From the human T2T-CHM13v2.0 reference genome, Homo sapiens, in NCBI RefSeq assembly GCF_009914755.1, contig NC_060927.1: 64,000 nucleotides of DNA. The stretch is one strand, 5' to 3'. The notes under the pieces are model-generated. The model searched no databases and was not told the origin of the DNA. It saw only the letters and a program-made list of their open reading frames with translations. Made by a program: the position numbers and the translations under genes. Position 1 is the first letter of the stretch; each line of letters opens with the position of its first letter. Shown one piece after another: positions 58,181-64,000 of this stretch.

Positions 58181-59073
58181 ACTTTTTTTCTAGTTCCCAG
58201 TTGACTAAGTGCAAACTTGAATGAGTAATGCTGCTGATTATAAAATGCATGTGTCTTCATATGCAAATGTATGCCATCATTAAAACATTTTCACAGCCTT
58301 TCATTTTGTTCAAAGTTGATCCAGAGAGAAGACTTGGACACATCTGTCTGCATCTTTGAGTACCTATAGGATCATTCAGTGTCTGGAGACTAACTTCTTA
58401 CCCTTCATCCTCCTGGCTATGAAGTTAATCAATAATCCCCTTACCCTCAGATGTGTCTACCCCATTTAATTTCTTGGTGTTTGGTCTTATCACAGGGATA
58501 ATTCACAGAATAGGTTATTTAGCATCACAGACATCTCCAATTCAGAATTCTTACTTCTCTAGCTCACTCACTGCTGGGCCAGTTTTTTAGATGTGCTGGT
58601 CATGTTCCTTAAGCTAGTAACCACTTCAGGGAAGAGGCCTTTACCTTCCCTCCTCACTTCATATAGTATTAGCCCTTGACAGTCACTTGAGGTTGCTTTC
58701 CAAGTGGCTGTCATTATCCATAAGTTTATGATGGAATATTTATCAACATTACAGGTATTTTATTCTGTTCCATTTCATGTAGAAAGTGATTTACTTCTTT
58801 CCCCAAAATATTTTTAAATCAATAGTTCTCTTCTTACTTTTATATCACAATATTTTACCCTCAGGATCACTTTCTCAGAATCACATATCACTGGAAGGGC
58901 AAGAGTTGACTTCTACGTCATCCTGCTGTAATGAGTCCATGGATTTCTTCTTCCCTGTGTTCTTCTCTCTAATCATCAGAGTGATTTACATTTTGTTTCC
59001 CTTATAGCTCTGCTTATCTCTATATGCTTCTTTATTTATTCCTTTTTCCAGCATAAGGCAATTAAGACTTTAC

Positions 59074-59408
59074 GTTCTTCCCACAGAAATGAGACAGACA
59101 GGCATCTATTAGTAATTACTTTTATTACAGCAGACATAGGCTGTAGAAGTGACTACTTCTACCCTGTCACCGAGTTAAAAACTATTTAGCCTCTGGATGC
59201 TAATCCCACAAGAATGATACTTCTGTACTCAAGTCATATATCCCATATTGTACTTTGTATTTTCAGTCTCTGGGTCTGGCAGCGCTGCCCAATATCTGGT
59301 ATGAGGAAGTTTAATATATCACAGAAAAGCATTTATTTCATTTAAACTAGTGCCTTAATTGCTAGACAACCCAAGATAATTCAGTCCAATTGAGTTCAAT
59401 TCAAAGAG
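59074..59408 (+). repeat. Local duplicate, copy B
   Basis: Colinear with copy A; runs on into a minus-strand L2 tail. Confidence 0.92.
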
Positions 59409-59575
59409 CATCTGCCCTGTGCCAGGTGTTGTACTTGGCATCCTTTGCAATTACCAAGAGGCCACAAACACAGTCTCTGCCTTCAAGGAACTTATTATGG
59501 TCTAGATGATTAAAAGATAAACATAAAATACAAGGCAGTATGCAGTAAGTTACAATGGAGATATAAACAAATGTT
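59390..59575 (-). mobile_element. L2 3' end
   Basis: ctgtgccaggtgttgtacttggc...cagtctctgccttcaaggaactta. Confidence 0.75.
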
Positions 59576-60332
59576 TTGTATAGTTTCCAAAGTTCCTCTT
59601 GTTATTGACTTCTAGTTTTATTTCATTGTGTTCAGAGAAGATACTTGATATGATTTCAATTTTTTTGAATTTTTTTTGAATGTTTGCTTGTTTTGTGAGC
59701 TAACGTGGTCTATCCCGAGAATGATACATGTGCTGAGGAGAAGAATGTATATTCTGCAGTCATTGGATAAAATGTTATATAAATATCTATTAGGTCCATT
59801 TGTTCTATAAGTACAAATTAAGTACAATGTTTTTGTTGATTTTCTGTCTGGATCTGTCCAGTGCTGAAAGTGGGGTGTTGAAGTCTCTAGCTATTGTTGT
59901 ATTGGGGTCTATCTCTCTCTTTACCTCTAATAATGTTTCCTTTATTCACTCAGACTCACAGATAGATATGTGCTCATATATATCTGGGTGCTCCAGTGTT
60001 GGCTGCATATATATTTACAATTGTTATATCCTCTTGCTGAATTCACCACTTTATTACTATATAAAGATCTTCTTTGTCTCTTTTTATAGTTTTTGTCTTG
60101 AAATCCATTTTATCTGATATAAGCATAGGTACTTCTGCTCTTTTTTGGTTTCCATTTACACAGAGTATCCTTTTCCATCCCTTTATTTTCAGTCTCTGTG
60201 TGCCTTTATATGTGAAGTGTGTTTCTTGTAGGCAACAGATCGTTGAGTCTCTTTTTTTATCCACTCAGCTACTCTACATTTTTTGATTGGAGAATTTAGT
60301 CTACTTACATTCAATGTTATTATTGATAAGTA

Positions 60333-60502
60333 TTGTACTGTCTGTGTCTTGAAAAGTTGTTGCAGTTTTTTTATCAGTTCATCTTTTCATCTTTCTACTT
60401 CGATATGAATAGTTCATACACCACAATTACAGTGTAATAATATTCTGTGTTTCTCTGTGTACTTACTATTACCAGTAAGGTTTGTACCTTCAGATGACTT
60501 AC
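60333..60502 (+). repeat. About 165-bp ectopic copy of 60833-60995
   Basis: Near-identical block atcagttcatcttttcatctttctactt...gtaccttcagatgactt occurs twice, about 500 bp apart. Confidence 0.92.
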
Positions 60503-61540
60503 TCCTGTCATGTTGTTATCCGTTTGCTGGTTGTTTTGCAGTCTCCTCTTCCTTCTTTCTTTTCTTCCTGTCTTCCTTTTAGTGAAGGTGATTTTCTCTG
60601 GTGGTATTTTTTTTTTTTATTTTTTGTGCATCCATTGCATGTTTTTTTTATTTGAGGTTACCATGAAGCTTGCAAATAATATCTTATAATCCATTATTTT
60701 AAACTGAGGACAACTTAACACTGATTGCATAAACAAACTAACAAACCAGCAAAAAAACCATAATACAAACTCTACATTTTAACTTCATTTTGCCCAGTTT
60801 TAAACCTTTTGTTTTTTCTATTTATATCTTACTGTACTATGTCTCAAAAAGTTGTAGTTTTTTTTTGATCAGTTCATCTTTTCATCTTTCTACTTAGATA
60901 TGAATAGTTCATACACCACAATTACAGTGTAATACTATTCTGTGGTTCTGTGTGTACTTACTACTACCAGTAAGGTTTGTACCTTCAGATGACTTCTTAT
61001 TGTTAAATAACATCCTTTTCTTAACCCTTTTCAGATTAAGGAACTGCGTTTTAGCATTTCTTATAGGACAGACCTGGTGTTGATGAAATCCCTCAGCTTT
61101 TGTTTGCCTGAGAAAGTCTTAATTTCTCTTTTATGTTTGAAGGATATTTTCACTGGACATACTATTCTAGGGTAAAAGTTTTTTTCCCAGAGCACTTTAA
61201 ATATGTCATGCCATTCTATCCTGGCCTATACAGTTTCCACTGAAAAGTCTGCTGCCAAACACATTGGAGCACAATTGTATGTTATTTGTTTCTTTTCTCT
61301 TGCTTATTTTAGAATCCTTTCTTTATCCTTGACATTTGGGAGTTTGATTATTAAATGCCTTGGGGTAGCCTTCTTTAGTTCAAATCTGTTTGGTATTCTT
61401 TAACCTTCTTATAGTTAAATATCGATATCTCTCTAGGTTTGGAAAACTCTCTGTTATCACTGCTTCAAATAAACTTTCTACCCCTATCTCTTTCTCTACC
61501 TCCTCTTTAAGGCCAATAACTCTTAGATTTGCCCTTTTGA

Positions 61541-61943
<403 letters not shown>

Positions 61944-64000
61944 TGATGCATTCTTCAGTATGTCAATTGCATTTTCAACTCCAAAATTTCTGCTTGATTC
62001 TTTTTCACTATTTCCATCTCTTTGTTAAATTTATCTGATAGGATTCTGAATTCCTTCTCTGTGTTATCTCTAATTTCTTTGTGTTTCTTCAAAACAGCTA
62101 TTTTGACTTCTCTGTCTGAAAGGTCACATATTTCTGTCTCCTTGGAATTAGTCCTTAGTCTCTTATTTAGTTTGTTTGGTGAGGTCATGTTTTCCTACAT
62201 GGCCTTGATGCTTGTGGATGTTGTTTAGTGTCTGGACATTGAAGAGTTATTTATTGTAGTCTTCACAGTTTGGGCTTCACAGATGTACCCATCCTTCTTG
62301 GGAAGGCTTTCCAGGTATTCAAAAGAAATTGGGTATTGTGATCTAAATTTTTAGTCATTGCAGCTGTATCTGCTTCAGGGAACACCCCAAGCCCAGTAAT
62401 GCTCAGATTCATAGAGATACCACCTTGATGGTCTTAGGTAAGATCCAGAAGTGTTCTGTGGATTACCAGACAGAGACTCTTGTTCTCTTCCCTTACTTTC
62501 TCCCAGACAAACGGAGTCTCTCTCTTTGTGCTGTGCTGCCTGGAGCTAGGGGAGGGTGACACAAGCACCCCTGTGGGTACCAACACTGAAACTACACTGG
62601 GTCAGACACAGCACTGGATCTTGCCCAGTAACTACTACCTGGCTACCACCTATGTTTGTTCAAGGCCCTCTACAATCAGCAGGTGGGAAAGCCAGCAAGG
62701 CTTGTGTCCTTCCTTTCAGGTCAGTGAGTTCTCCCAGGCCCTCGGTGGGTCCAGAGATGCAGTCTGGTAGCCAGGGCCTGGAGTTGGAAACCTTAGAAAT
62801 CTACCTGGTGCTCTATTCTACCAACTGAGTTGGCACACAAATCGTAAGACAAAGTCCTTCCCACTTTCCCTCCCCTTTCCATGGGGAGTGGAGTCTCTCT
62901 CCATAGCTGTCACCATTATAGGCCCACAGAGAGTACTGCCAGACTACCACCAATGTTCACTTAGGGCCCAACAGCTCTTCAGTCAGCTTCTGGTGAATGC
63001 TGCCAGGCCTGACACTCACCCTTCAGGGCAGTGGGCTCCCCTCTGATCTAGGGCAGGTCCAGAAATGCCATCTAAGAGCCAAGACCTAGAATCAGGGACT
63101 CCCTCAAAGCCTATTTGGTGCCCTACCCCACTGTGGCTGAGCTGGCACCTGGGTTGCAGGACAAAGTCCCCTTTACTCTTCCCTATGCTTTTTCTCAAGC
63201 AGAATGAGTCTCTTCTCATAGCCATCACTGCTGGAAATGTGCTGGGTCACACTGGAAGCCAGCACATCTCAGAGTTTCACCCAAGGCCCACAGCATGTAT
63301 TACCGGGCTACCACTGCTGATTTTTCAGGGCCCAAGGGCTCTTTAGTCAGCAGGTGATTAATCCTGCCCAGGACTGGGTCCTTTCTTTCAAGGCAGCAGT
63401 TTCCCTTCTGGTGCAGGGTGTACCTAGCAATATCATTTGAGAGCTAGGGCCTGGAATGGGGGCCTCACAACTCTGTCTAATGCCCTATCCTGTTGTGGCT
63501 GAGCTGATATCCAAGTTGCAAGACAAAGTCCTCTTTACTCCTCCCTCTCCTCTCCTCAAGTGGAAGAAAGGAGTTTCTTTTGGAGCAGCAAGCTGCGCTA
63601 CCTGAGGTTGGGGGAGGAGTGGTAAAGCACTCTCTTGGCTGCCCTGTCTGGTGTCTCACTAGGTTGCATGTCCCCCAGATCCACTGGCTCTGAGCCCAGC
63701 ACATGAGTAGGACTTGACTAGGACTTGCAGTCCTTGTGGCCTAGACTGCCTTTCAAGTTTATTTAGGAACCCAGAGCCCTTTACCCAGCAGTGGCAAGGC
63801 TTACCAAAACTCAAGTTCTGATTGCTGAGATGGGTAATGCCCCTCTTGCTAGGGCCTGTCTATGCTTCCTCCGTGGACATCAGCTGAGTTCAGCTTGGTG
63901 TTGCTTTCTACTGTGACAGCACAGCACTGAGTTTCAATGTAAAGTCCTTCAGTCACTGCATTGTCCTCCCACAAGCATACATATTCTGTCTTCATGCCAT

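Noticed and set aside
62750-63600. Three diverged units of about 310-360 bp (…gacaaagtcc…)
   Set aside because: Consistent with the repeated structure of old L1 5' UTRs rather than a locus-specific array; not CRISPR-like.

Overview
Primate (most likely human) non-coding genomic DNA, AT-rich and mostly made of transposable-element remnants. I see no intact cellular protein-coding gene, rRNA, tRNA or CRISPR array. The main elements are a full-length but decayed HERV-L provirus (28616-35185; MLT2A LTRs, GGTGT target-site duplication, tRNA-Leu PBS, gag-pro-RT-RNaseH-IN-dUTPase, no env) inserted into an older ERVL gag remnant, three young L1PA insertions (two with twin-priming inversions), older L1MA/MB/ME, HAL1, L2, CR1, MIR, about 10 Alus, solo LTRs and DNA-transposon MITEs. 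The items most worth a second look are: (i) a 421-aa ERVL-gag/L1-ORF2 fusion ORF directly behind the HERV-L 3' LTR; (ii) an inverted L1PA missing about 2.6 kb, carrying an apparent 18-nt MaLR-derived 3' transduction and the 129-bp ZNF93 target; (iii) a perfect oestrogen response element lying between two diverged 88-bp duplicates; (iv) several locally templated insertion or fold-back scars; (v) candidate exonised segments. Subfamily names come from remembered consensus sequences and were not confirmed by a database search. Boundaries of old repeats are approximate. I found no convincing wholly new biological system.
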